A DNA stretch of 64,000 nt from Candidatus Binatia bacterium. Lineage in GTDB: Bacteria; Desulfobacterota; Binatia; UBA9968; JAJDTQ01. The position numbers and the translations under genes are program-made. The stretch lies in contig OY762897.2 in NCBI GenBank assembly GCA_963666515.2, forward strand, positions 96,001 to 160,000, read 5' to 3'. The notes beneath the pieces were generated by a model. It did no database searches. It was not told where the DNA came from and saw only the letters and a list, made by a program, of their open reading frames with translations. Positions 30,598-38,901 of the stretch are shown here, piece after piece (within the stretch, counting starts at the first letter, position 1; every line of letters begins with the position of its first letter).

Positions 30598-32889
30598 ACC
30601 CTCGTCCTTCCGTTGGCTCTCTACCGCCTCCAGCACCCGTTCGGGATGCAGCGGCAGATCCTTGAGCCTTACGCCCAGGGCGTCGTAGATGGCGTTGCCG
30701 ATGCAGGGCGCGATGCCGACGATGGCCAGTTCGCCGATGCCCTTGGCGCCGAACGGGCCCTCCGGCAGCGGCACCTCCACGGCGATGGGGGTGATCTCCG
30801 GGATCTCCTGGCTGGACGGGATCTTGTAGTCCATGAACGAGGGGTTGATGATCCGGCCCTGGTCGAACTGGAGCCTCTCGTGCAGGGCGTACCCCAGTCC
30901 CATCACCACGCCGCCCACGATCTGGCCGTCGACGCTCAGGGTGTTCAGGCTCTTGCCCACGTCGTGGGCGGAGGCGATGCGCCGCACCCGGATGATGCCG
31001 GTTTCCTCGTCGATCTCCGCTTCCACGGCCTGGGCCGCGTACTTCCAGCCGGGCACGTACTCCTTGCGCTGGGTTTTGTGGGGCAGCGTGGGGTAGTCAC
31101 CCTTGCCGCCGTACGAGCCCCGGCCCAGGATCGGCCGCTCGCTGGTATGGGCTCGTTCCAGCACCTCGCGGAACGCCAGCGAGACTTCGGGATGGGCGGA
31201 CGACACCACGCGCTGCTCCGCCACGGCAAGGTCGCCCCGGGGAATCTCCACCATCCGGGAAGCCACATCCAACAGTTGGCTCCTGGCGTCCTCCGCGGCG
31301 ATCTTCACCGCCATGCCGGTGTAGAAGGTGACCCGGCTCGAGAAGGTGCCTCGGTCGTAGGGCGTGGTGCCGGTGTCGGCGCTCGAGATGCCCACCGCCT
31401 CCACCGGAAGTCCCAGCACCTCGGCGGCGATCTGGCACATCACCACCGACATGCCCTGGCCGATCTCGGAGGCTCCCACCAGCACCTGGGCGCTGCCGTC
31501 CTCGTTGAACTGGACGTAGGCGGCGGAGATGCTGGAGTGGGTGGTGGGGGACTTGGCGATGACCGCGAGGCCGCGGCCCACGTTGGCGGGCTTGGGCTCG
31601 CCCCAGCCGATCTCCTTCGCCACGCTTTCGAGGCACTCCTGGAGCCCGATGCTCTGCACCTCGTCGTCGATGGAGTTGATGTCGCCTTCCTGGAGGATGT
31701 TCTTGAGCCGCAGCTCCAGCGGGTCCATGCCCAGGCGCTCGGCGATCATGTCCATCTGCGACTCGATGGCGAAAGCGCCCTCCGGCACGCCCAGGCCGCG
31801 CAACTGGGTGCCGCGCATCTTGTTGGTGTAGACCAGGGTGGACGAAATCCGCAGGTCGTGGACGCGGTAGGGGCCGTTGCCGTCCTTCATGGCGCGGTTG
31901 CTGGGGGGCAGGCCCTCGGCGTGAGCGCCGGTGTCCCAGAGAAAGTCCACGTCCCGGGCCGCCAGGGCGCCGTCCTTCATGACGCCGGTCTTGACCGTCA
32001 CCGTGGCCGGGGTCGAGCCGGCCGCGGCGGTGAACTCCTCGGCCCGGGTCATCACCATCTTCACGGGCCAGCGGCTGTGCATCGACAGCGCCACCGCCAC
32101 GGGCTCCAGCCGCGGCTCGATCTTGCCGCCGAAGCCGCCGCCGACCTTGGTGCAGATCACCCGCATGCGGCTTTCGGGAATGCCGAACAGCCCGGCCAGC
32201 AGGGTCCGGAGCTGGAACACCTCCTGGCTGCAGGTCCACACCGTCACCTCGTTGCCACGGACGGAGGCCAGCGAGGCGTGGGGCTCCATGTAGGCGTGAT
32301 GGATCTGGCTGGCGTGGAAGGTGTCCTCGAACACGTAGTCCGCCCGCGCCAGCGCCGCGTCCACGTCGCCCCGGTGGTGGGAGGCCCGGTGGATGACGTT
32401 GGTCCCGTGCACGGGGTTCCACGACGCCAGGTACACCGAACGGGCCGGCCCCAGCTCCTCGTGGACCAGGGGCGCGCCGTCGCGCGCCGCCTCCTCGGCG
32501 GTGAACACCGCGGGCAACTCCTCGTAGTCCACGTCGATGAGGGAGAGCGCCTCCAGCGCCCGCTCCTCGTCCGGCGCAGCGGCCGCGGCCACGGGCTCGC
32601 CCGCGTAGCGCACCTTCTCCACCGCGAAGATCTGCTCGTCCTCGATGGCGTACCCGTAGCGCCGGTCCGGCACGTCCGCGGCGGCGATCACGGTGACGCC
32701 GGGGAGCGCGCGGGCCTTCTCCAGGTCGATGGACCGGATCTTCGCGTGCGGCAGCGGGCTGCGTAGTATCTTGCCCCAAAGCATCCCCGGCTGGCTCACG
32801 TCCGGCCCGTAGATGGCTTGTCCGGAGATCATCTCGGCGCCATCCGGGCGCACCACGGGAGTCCCGATTACGCGATAGTCGTCAGCCAT
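30571..32889 (-). CDS. Molybdopterin-binding large subunit, xanthine dehydrogenase family
   Basis: RSPLPHA, VGGGFGGK, QLRGLG, EIGQG, GPFGAKGIGE; start MADDY at 32889. Confidence 0.92.
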   Translation of the reverse strand: MADDYRVIGTPVVRPDGAEMISGQAIYGPDVSQPGMLWGKILRSPLPHAKIRSIDLEKARALPGVTVIAAADVPDRRYGYAIEDEQIFAVEKVRYAGEPVAAAAAPDEERALEALSLIDVDYEELPAVFTAEEAARDGAPLVHEELGPARSVYLASWNPVHGTNVIHRASHHRGDVDAALARADYVFEDTFHASQIHHAYMEPHASLASVRGNEVTVWTCSQEVFQLRTLLAGLFGIPESRMRVICTKVGGGFGGKIEPRLEPVAVALSMHSRWPVKMVMTRAEEFTAAAGSTPATVTVKTGVMKDGALAARDVDFLWDTGAHAEGLPPSNRAMKDGNGPYRVHDLRISSTLVYTNKMRGTQLRGLGVPEGAFAIESQMDMIAERLGMDPLELRLKNILQEGDINSIDDEVQSIGLQECLESVAKEIGWGEPKPANVGRGLAVIAKSPTTHSSISAAYVQFNEDGSAQVLVGASEIGQGMSVVMCQIAAEVLGLPVEAVGISSADTGTTPYDRGTFSSRVTFYTGMAVKIAAEDARSQLLDVASRMVEIPRGDLAVAEQRVVSSAHPEVSLAFREVLERAHTSERPILGRGSYGGKGDYPTLPHKTQRKEYVPGWKYAAQAVEAEIDEETGIIRVRRIASAHDVGKSLNTLSVDGQIVGGVVMGLGYALHERLQFDQGRIINPSFMDYKIPSSQEIPEITPIAVEVPLPEGPFGAKGIGELAIVGIAPCIGNAIYDALGVRLKDLPLHPERVLEAVESQRKDEGPGFRLSPE

Positions 32890-32975
32890 GTGTTTCGCTC
32901 CGTGGGCACCGTACAGCCCATGCGGGCAGTGGTCAACCAGGGGTTGGGCATCTCCAACCAAATCGCATTCCAGGG

Positions 32976-33016
32976 TTGACGGACCATCGGGCAGGGTGTA
33001 ATTACAATGTAACACC
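32976..33016 (+). promoter_or_regulatory. Candidate promoter/operator of the mazE-mazF-cas operon
   Basis: TTGACG at 32976 and the palindrome TGTAATTACA at 32997-33006, upstream of the AbrB/MazE gene. Confidence 0.45.
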
Positions 33017-33039
33017 TTTCAGGAAACGGAACCCCACTT

Positions 33040-33294
33040 ATGAAGACGGCACTGGTTCGGATCGGCAATTCTCGCGGTGTTCGAATCCCCAAGGCGATTT
33101 TGGAGGAATGCGGGCTCCAGAACGAGGTCGACCTGGAAGTCCGAGAGGATCATCTGGTGATTCGTGCGGCCACCAAGCCCCGGACGAACTGGGACGAGGC
33201 TTTTCGCCGAATGGGTGAGCGAGGCGATGATGACCTTCTCGACGAAGGCTCGCTACCACCTACCAAGTGGGAGGCCACGGAGTGGGAGTGGTAG
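33040..33294 (+). CDS. mazE: AbrB/MazE-family antitoxin
   Basis: IGNSRGVRIPK swapped-hairpin motif, C-terminal EWEW, overlaps the toxin start. Confidence 0.9.
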   Translation: MKTALVRIGNSRGVRIPKAILEECGLQNEVDLEVREDHLVIRAATKPRTNWDEAFRRMGERGDDDLLDEGSLPPTKWEATEWEW

Positions 33295-33611
33295 TCGCCC
33301 GGTTTGAGGTTTACCTGGTCCGCCTGGACCCCTCCGAAGGACACGAGATTCAGAAGACTCGCCCATGCGTCGTGATCTCGCCGGATGAACTGAACCGGCA
33401 CATCGCCACCGTCATCGTAGCGCCAATGACCACCACACGCCGCGCCTATCCCACCCGTGTGCCCCTGCGCTTCCAGGGAAAAGACGGGCAGATCGTGCTG
33501 GACCAGATCCGTACCGTGGACAAGAACCGGCTGGTCCGTCGCCTGGGCAGAGTCAGCGACAAGGCCGCGCGGAGCGTCGTGGCCGTGCTCAACGAAATGT
33601 TCGCGTACTAG
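33288..33611 (+). CDS. mazF: PemK/MazF-family toxin
   Basis: LDPSEGHEIQKTRPCVVISPD.LN, VIVAPMT, DQIRTVDK.RL. Confidence 0.92.
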   Translation: MVVARFEVYLVRLDPSEGHEIQKTRPCVVISPDELNRHIATVIVAPMTTTRRAYPTRVPLRFQGKDGQIVLDQIRTVDKNRLVRRLGRVSDKAARSVVAVLNEMFAY

Positions 33612-33620
33612 GGAGCCCAG

Positions 33621-35864
33621 TTGGAATACTACGCGCATAGTCACCCGTCCGTGGGGCGGAGGGATTGGCACAGGTTGTCGATACACCTGCAAGACACGGG
33701 CGACCGGGCGGCGGCCTTCCTCGAACGGCTAGGCTGCGCCAATCTGGGCAGGATCGCGGGACTACTGCATGATCTAGGCAAATACACGCCTGAATTTCAG
33801 GACCGACTGGCGGGGGAGGTCTCGCGTGTCGATCATTCCACGGCCGGGGCCAAGGTGGCGCTGGAGCGCTACGGGCCGAAGATCGGCAGGTTACTCGCGT
33901 TCTGTATCGCGGGCCACCACGCCGGTCTGGCCAATGGCGTGAATGGCGGGGAGACGAGCGCCTTGACCGACCGGCTGTCTGCGCCGATCCCCAGGCTTGA
34001 TGAGGTGTGGGAGACTCAGATTTCGCTTCCAGAACCTACCGCGCCGCCCGTGGTGCCGCGGGACGCCGATGCCGTTGGCTTCAGCGCGGCGTTCTTTACA
34101 CGCATGGTGTTTTCGGCACTTGTGGACGCGGACTTCCTGGATACCGAAGCATGGTTCGCTGACCGGGAGGGAGTTCGTCCACCAAGGGGAATGCACCCGA
34201 CGCTCGCGGAGCTGTCGAGCCGTCTTGACGCGCATCTGAGCCGGATCGAGACGAGAGCGGAACAAAGCGAGGTCAATGAGCTGCGACGAGAAGTGCTGCG
34301 CCACGCACGGGCGAAGGCGGCGGAGGCTCCCGGCTTGTTCACTCTGACCGTGCCGACCGGCGGCGGCAAGACCTTGACTTCCCTCGCTTTCGCCTTGGCT
34401 CATGCACTGCGCCATGAGATGGCCCGTGTCATCTACGTGATTCCGTACATGAGCATCATCGAACAGACAGCGGCCGTCTTCCGTGAGGCGCTTGGTGCCG
34501 ACGAGGCCGATCCGGTGGAATTTGTGGTCGAACACCACAGCACTTTCGACGAAGACCGCATCCGGGGGCGCGAGGCCGGGGACAAGCTGCGTTTGGCGAT
34601 GGAGAACTGGGACGCTCCGATCATCGTCACCACCGCAGTGCAGTTCTTCGAGAGTCTGTTCGCGCGCCGACCGTCGCGCTGCCGCAAGTTGCACAACATC
34701 GCCAACAGCGTTGTCATCCTGGATGAGGCACAAACGCTTCCACTCCCGGTTCTGCGGCCGTGCGTCGCCACTATCGACGAGTTGGCGCGCAATTGGCGTG
34801 CGAGCGTCGTTCTCTGTACAGCCACCCAACCGGCGTTGGGCGAAGGGGATGGTTTCGACCGTGGTTTGCCGGACCTGCGCGAACTCGCTCCCGATCCGCC
34901 GAGCCTCTACCGGCGGCTCAAGCGCACCAGGATTCATCCAAAGGGGCAATTGGCGGACGGGGAGCTGGCGGAGCGACTGCGCGAATCGCGGCAGGTGCTC
35001 TGTATCGTGAACACGCGCCGTCACGCGCGCGAGCTCTACGACTTGATCTCTGACGCCGAGGGCTCCTGCCACCTTACGACGTTGATGTGCGCGCGCCACC
35101 GCCAGGAGCGGCTGGACATGGTGCGGCAACGGCTGAGGGATGACGAGCCAGTGCGTCTGGTCGCTACATCATTGGTCGAGGCGGGTGTGGACGTTGACTT
35201 CCCGGTCGTGTGGCGTGCCCACGCCGGGTTGGAGTCGATCATTCAAGCCGCCGGACGCTGCAACCGGCATGGCCGGATGCGAGAAGGCGACGTGTTCGTC
35301 TTTGAGCCAGCGGAAGGAGAAGGACGGAAACCGCCACCTGAAATCGAGCAGTTCGCCGCGGTAGCTCGCGGTGTGATGCGGCGTTACGCGGATCCGGCAC
35401 CGCTGGATGCGATCAAGAGCTACTTCGAGCAGCTCTACTGGATCAAGGGTGACAAGCTGGACGCAAGCGCCATCCTGCGGCGACTGGATGAAAGACGCAG
35501 CGACCTGAATTTTCCCTTCGAAACCATTGCCAGGGAGTTCCGGCTCATTGAGACGCCGATGCTGCCGGTGATCGTGCCCTACTGCGGGCTGAACCAAGCA
35601 GATGGAACGGTGGACGGGTTGTTGAATGAGCTACGGTGGGTCGAGCGACCCGGCCGCATCGCACGTCGGCTTCAACCCTACATCGTTCAGATCCCGCCGT
35701 TGGCGAGGCACGCCCTTCTTTCGGCCGGAGCGGTGACGGTCATCCGTGAGGAAGATTTCGGACAGCAGTTCGTCGTCTTGGTCAATCGAGACCTTTACAG
35801 ATCCGATGTCGGCTTGACTTGGGCCGATCCCACCTTCCGCAGGGCAGAAAGCTTGGTGTTCTGA
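33621..35864 (+). CDS. cas3: CRISPR-associated helicase/HD nuclease Cas3 (type I-C)
   Basis: YAHS, LLHDLGK, HHAGL, ALVDAD, PTGGGKT, LDEAQ, TATQP, EAGVDVDF, QAAGRCNR. Confidence 0.95.
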   Translation: MEYYAHSHPSVGRRDWHRLSIHLQDTGDRAAAFLERLGCANLGRIAGLLHDLGKYTPEFQDRLAGEVSRVDHSTAGAKVALERYGPKIGRLLAFCIAGHHAGLANGVNGGETSALTDRLSAPIPRLDEVWETQISLPEPTAPPVVPRDADAVGFSAAFFTRMVFSALVDADFLDTEAWFADREGVRPPRGMHPTLAELSSRLDAHLSRIETRAEQSEVNELRREVLRHARAKAAEAPGLFTLTVPTGGGKTLTSLAFALAHALRHEMARVIYVIPYMSIIEQTAAVFREALGADEADPVEFVVEHHSTFDEDRIRGREAGDKLRLAMENWDAPIIVTTAVQFFESLFARRPSRCRKLHNIANSVVILDEAQTLPLPVLRPCVATIDELARNWRASVVLCTATQPALGEGDGFDRGLPDLRELAPDPPSLYRRLKRTRIHPKGQLADGELAERLRESRQVLCIVNTRRHARELYDLISDAEGSCHLTTLMCARHRQERLDMVRQRLRDDEPVRLVATSLVEAGVDVDFPVVWRAHAGLESIIQAAGRCNRHGRMREGDVFVFEPAEGEGRKPPPEIEQFAAVARGVMRRYADPAPLDAIKSYFEQLYWIKGDKLDASAILRRLDERRSDLNFPFETIAREFRLIETPMLPVIVPYCGLNQADGTVDGLLNELRWVERPGRIARRLQPYIVQIPPLARHALLSAGAVTVIREEDFGQQFVVLVNRDLYRSDVGLTWADPTFRRAESLVF

Positions 35865-35971
35865 GTTATTGGAACCAAGACGTAAAGTGTAGTAGTTGAG
35901 CTTGGCGAGCCGTGAGCCGCACTTAGCTTAGCCGTATTTGTTGCGCGACGATCCCCGTCAATGATCGGAGC

Positions 35972-36646
35972 ATGGTCATGTCCTACGGAGTCAAGCTGCA
36001 CGTTTGGGGCGAGTACGCCTGCTTTACGCGGCCTGAGATGAAGGTGGAAAGGGTCTCCTACGACGTCATGACGCCGTCCGCGGCGCGCGGTGTGCTGGAG
36101 GCTATCCATTGGAAACCGGCCATCCGCTGGGTGGTTGACCGGATACACGTCTTGAAACCGATCCGTTTCGAGAACCTGCGCCGGAACGAGCTGGGCAGCA
36201 GACTGCCCGCGGCCAACGTCGCCAAAGCCATGAAGGCGGGCAGAACCGAGGGCTTGTATACCTTGATTGAGGAAGACCGTCAGCAGCGTGCCGCGCTCCT
36301 GCTGCGTGATGTGTCCTACGTCATCGAGGCCCATTTCGTCCTCACGGATCATGCAGACCCTGCCATTGAGGCCAAGCACTTGTCGATTTTCAACCGGCGT
36401 GCCGCCAAGGGTCAGTGTTTCCACCGGCCGTATCTGGGCACACGCGAGTTTGCGGCGGATTTCGCGTTGGTGGAGGGGGCCTTGCCGCCTTCCGAGCTTC
36501 CTTCTGACCAGCGGGACCGCGACTTGGGTTGGATGTTGCACGATATCGACTACGGGAACGATATGTCTCCGCGCTTCTTCCGTGCGGAGTTACGCGACGG
36601 CGTCATTGAGGTGCCGGCCACCGATGGCGCCGAGGTAAGGGCATGA
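35972..36646 (+). CDS. cas5c: Type I-C Cas5c (Cas5d), the pre-crRNA processing subunit
   Basis: ACFTRPEMKVERVSYDVMTPSAARG..EAIHWKP, GQCFHRPYLGTREF, DLGWMLHD. Confidence 0.95.
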   Translation: MVMSYGVKLHVWGEYACFTRPEMKVERVSYDVMTPSAARGVLEAIHWKPAIRWVVDRIHVLKPIRFENLRRNELGSRLPAANVAKAMKAGRTEGLYTLIEEDRQQRAALLLRDVSYVIEAHFVLTDHADPAIEAKHLSIFNRRAAKGQCFHRPYLGTREFAADFALVEGALPPSELPSDQRDRDLGWMLHDIDYGNDMSPRFFRAELRDGVIEVPATDGAEVRA

Positions 36647-37065
36647 GCATTCTTCAGGCCCTGTTTGGACACTACAGGCGCCTTGAGTCCGAATCTACAA
36701 GCGATCTTCCCCGGTACGGGTTTTCGCGTGAGAAGATCTCCTATTCCATCGTCTTGTCCGTCGATGGCGACGTGGTGGATGTCGTCCCCCGGCTCGATAC
36801 GTCCGGGAAGACGCCGAGGCCGTCGCTGATCCCTGTACCCCAGCCATGCGGCCGGACATCAACGCTGAGTGGCGCGGTCACTTTGCGTGATGACGCGCGA
36901 AAGACGGTCTTGATTGCCTACCAGGAGCGCAAGAAGGACGAAATCATGCATCCCTTCCTCAAGGAAAAAACCACTTTTGGCTTGGTTCCGTTCGTCCAGG
37001 CGATGCTCATGGCTCGGTGGCTGCGCAACGAACTGGACGGCTACCCGCCATTTCTCTGGCGGTAG
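36643..37065 (+). pseudogene. In-frame chimera of the Cas8c (Csd1) N-terminus and the Cas1 C-terminus; deletion scar
   Basis: aa 1-73 (MSILQAL..YRRL..P.YGFSREKI..VPQP..RTS) match the Cas8c start; aa 74-140 (GAV.L.DDARK.VL.AYQERK...HPFL.EK...GL.P..QA...AR.LR.ELD.YPPFLW) match the I-C Cas1 end; junction near 36861. Confidence 0.88.
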
Positions 37066-37076
37066 GGGAAGCGCTT

Positions 37077-37367
37077 GTGTTGATGCTCGTGACCTACGAT
37101 GTCGCCACCCGCGATTCTGCCGGGCGCCGCCGCCTACGTCGCGTCGCCCGTCTTTGTCAGGACTTCGGCCAACGGGTTCAGTATTCGGTGTTCGAGTGTG
37201 AGGTAGACCCAGCGCAATGGACCGCCTTGCGAGCGCGGCTTATGGAGGAGATCGACCAAGGCGCTGACAGCCTCCGCTTCTACAGGCTTGGGGCCAACTG
37301 GCACTCGCGAGTCGAGCACGTCGGGAACAAGAAGACGTACGATCCCCATGGCCCGATGGTTCTATGA
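37077..37367 (+). CDS. cas2: CRISPR-associated endonuclease Cas2
   Basis: VTYDV, RRLRRVA..C..FGQRVQYSVFEC, DSLRFY.LG; 96 aa from GTG. Confidence 0.95.
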   Translation: MLMLVTYDVATRDSAGRRRLRRVARLCQDFGQRVQYSVFECEVDPAQWTALRARLMEEIDQGADSLRFYRLGANWHSRVEHVGNKKTYDPHGPMVL

Positions 37368-37549
37368 GATGCGCGAACCTGTAGTGCCCGCATTTTTGTC
37401 AAGGGGTTCGCGCGCCCTGCAAGTTCGCGGGTCTGCGATGGAATGGTTTGAAGTTGGTGCCGTAGGCCGCCTGAGCTTCTTGGCTTCGATCCCGGGTTCG
37501 CGTAAACGGTCCGTTTTCTTATTGTCTCACGAGTAGTTCGGGCATCGCA
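37368..37549 (+). promoter_or_regulatory. CRISPR leader (type I-C)
   Basis: Lies between cas2 and the first repeat; inverted repeat GCGCGAACC (37371-37379)/GGTTCGCGC (37405-37413) and a further GGTTCGCG at 37495. Confidence 0.75.
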
Positions 37550-38177
37550 GTCGCCCCCCGCGCGGGGGCGTGGATTGAAACTTGCCGGAACGGGCCTTCT
37601 CCAACTCACGGGCGGTCGCCCCCCGCGCGGGGGCGTGGATTGAAACAAGAACAAGCTGAGGACGGTGGCTCGTTACACCGGTCGCCCCCCGCGCGGGGGC
37701 GTGGATTGAAACGACATGAGTCATGGCCATGTAGTCGGCCTTGGGGGGTCGCCCCCCGCGCGGGGGCGTGGATTGAAACCCTACAATGATGATCAGATGA
37801 GGAAGGTTGTCGGTCGCCCCCCGCGCGGGGGCGTGGATTGAAACTGGAGCGGCAAGACGATTGACGAGGCCAAGGCCGGTCGCCCCCCGCGCGGGGGCGT
37901 GGATTGAAACCGCAGCGGCCGGCGGCGCGATCAGCGAAGTGGCCGGTCGCCCCCCGCGCGGGGGCGTGGATTGAAACGCCATATAGAAGTTGTGGTACTC
38001 AAACCGGGAGGTCGCCCCCCGCGCGGGGGCGTGGATTGAAACACCGCGAATCGCTGGTGCTCCAGACCTCGCGCCGGGTCGCCCCCCGCGCGGGGGCGTG
38101 GATTGAAACCGCAAGTCTGGCGGGTCCGGACGCGCTGGCAACTCGGTCGCCCCCCGCGCGGGGGCGTGGATTGAAAC
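37550..38177 (+). CRISPR. Type I-C CRISPR array: 10 identical 32-bp repeats, 9 spacers of 33-36 bp
   Basis: Repeat GTCGCCCCCCGCGCGGGGGCGTGGATTGAAAC at 37550, 37615, 37681, 37748, 37813, 37879, 37946, 38011, 38078 and 38146. Confidence 0.98.
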
Positions 38178-38375
38178 AAGAGCTTGTCTATGAACTTTAT
38201 TCAATATATTCTCTGTAGACAGCGCCGGGCAGCACGTAGGTCAGGTGCTGTTGGCGCCGCGACGGTACGTCTGTGCCGATCTGGTCTGTGTGACCGACGA
38301 CAATATCCCCAAGCGATGAGCGAGGCGTGCGGATCGAAACGGACCGGACTTCACTCACGCGACGCTCCCTTCGTC

Positions 38376-38750
38376 TCAGGCGACGAGCTTCTTCAACAAT
38401 ACCGCCGGTAACCGCTTCAGTTCTTCGTTACGCGGATCGACCTCGAATCCACCGGACTCCAAGGCCGTTACGCCCAGCAACGGCTCTGCGCCGTCATCAC
38501 CGTAGACGATGGTCCCGCCGACCACTTCTCCCTCAAACTCGATCTCGGCGATGGTGACGTCAAAGACCACGGGTTTCCCGTCCGCGAGTACGTAGTCGCG
38601 TCGTCCCCTCGGTTGAAGTCCGATTTCTTCGAGGTGCCGCCTCGGTACCAGCGAGTCGAATGCCCCGGTGTCGACCAGGAATTTCCCGGTCCAGCTTCGT
38701 TGCAGGTCCGCGGGATTGCGTATAGTGACGTCAACATAGGTTGTGCCCAT
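38376..38750 (-). CDS. Clan AA aspartic protease (retropepsin-like)
   Basis: LVDTGA catalytic motif, LADG flap, PLLGVTALE, VDP; AGGAG RBS. Confidence 0.88.
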   Translation of the reverse strand: MGTTYVDVTIRNPADLQRSWTGKFLVDTGAFDSLVPRRHLEEIGLQPRGRRDYVLADGKPVVFDVTIAEIEFEGEVVGGTIVYGDDGAEPLLGVTALESGGFEVDPRNEELKRLPAVLLKKLVA

Positions 38751-38901
38751 TGATCATTCTCCTTTCTCGCACGACGGGCACGAGAATCCTTGGCCCATTC
38801 ATCCCGATCCACAAATCCCCTTCGGGGGTGTCTTCAACAGGTTAGACCTGGGGCGGTCCAAAGTCCACTCGCCGGACCGGGTGGGGCCGAGCCCTGATCT
38901 G

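Noticed and set aside
29173-32889. Aerobic CO dehydrogenase (coxLMS)
   Set aside because: The active-site loop reads QLRGLG rather than AYxCSFR (form I) or AYxGAGR (form II), and no cox accessory genes are adjacent.
37582-38145. Self-targeting spacers within the window
   Set aside because: I noticed no match by eye, but this needs an actual alignment, so no claim is made.
37527-38218. ORFs spanning the CRISPR array
   Set aside because: Their periodic peptides (VSIHAPARGAT, FQSTPPRGGR) are simply translations of the repeat.
38820-38875. Possible IS-end remnant (GGGGGTGTCTTCAACAGG) upstream of the aspartic protease gene
   Set aside because: I found no partner inverted repeat, target duplication or transposase fragment.
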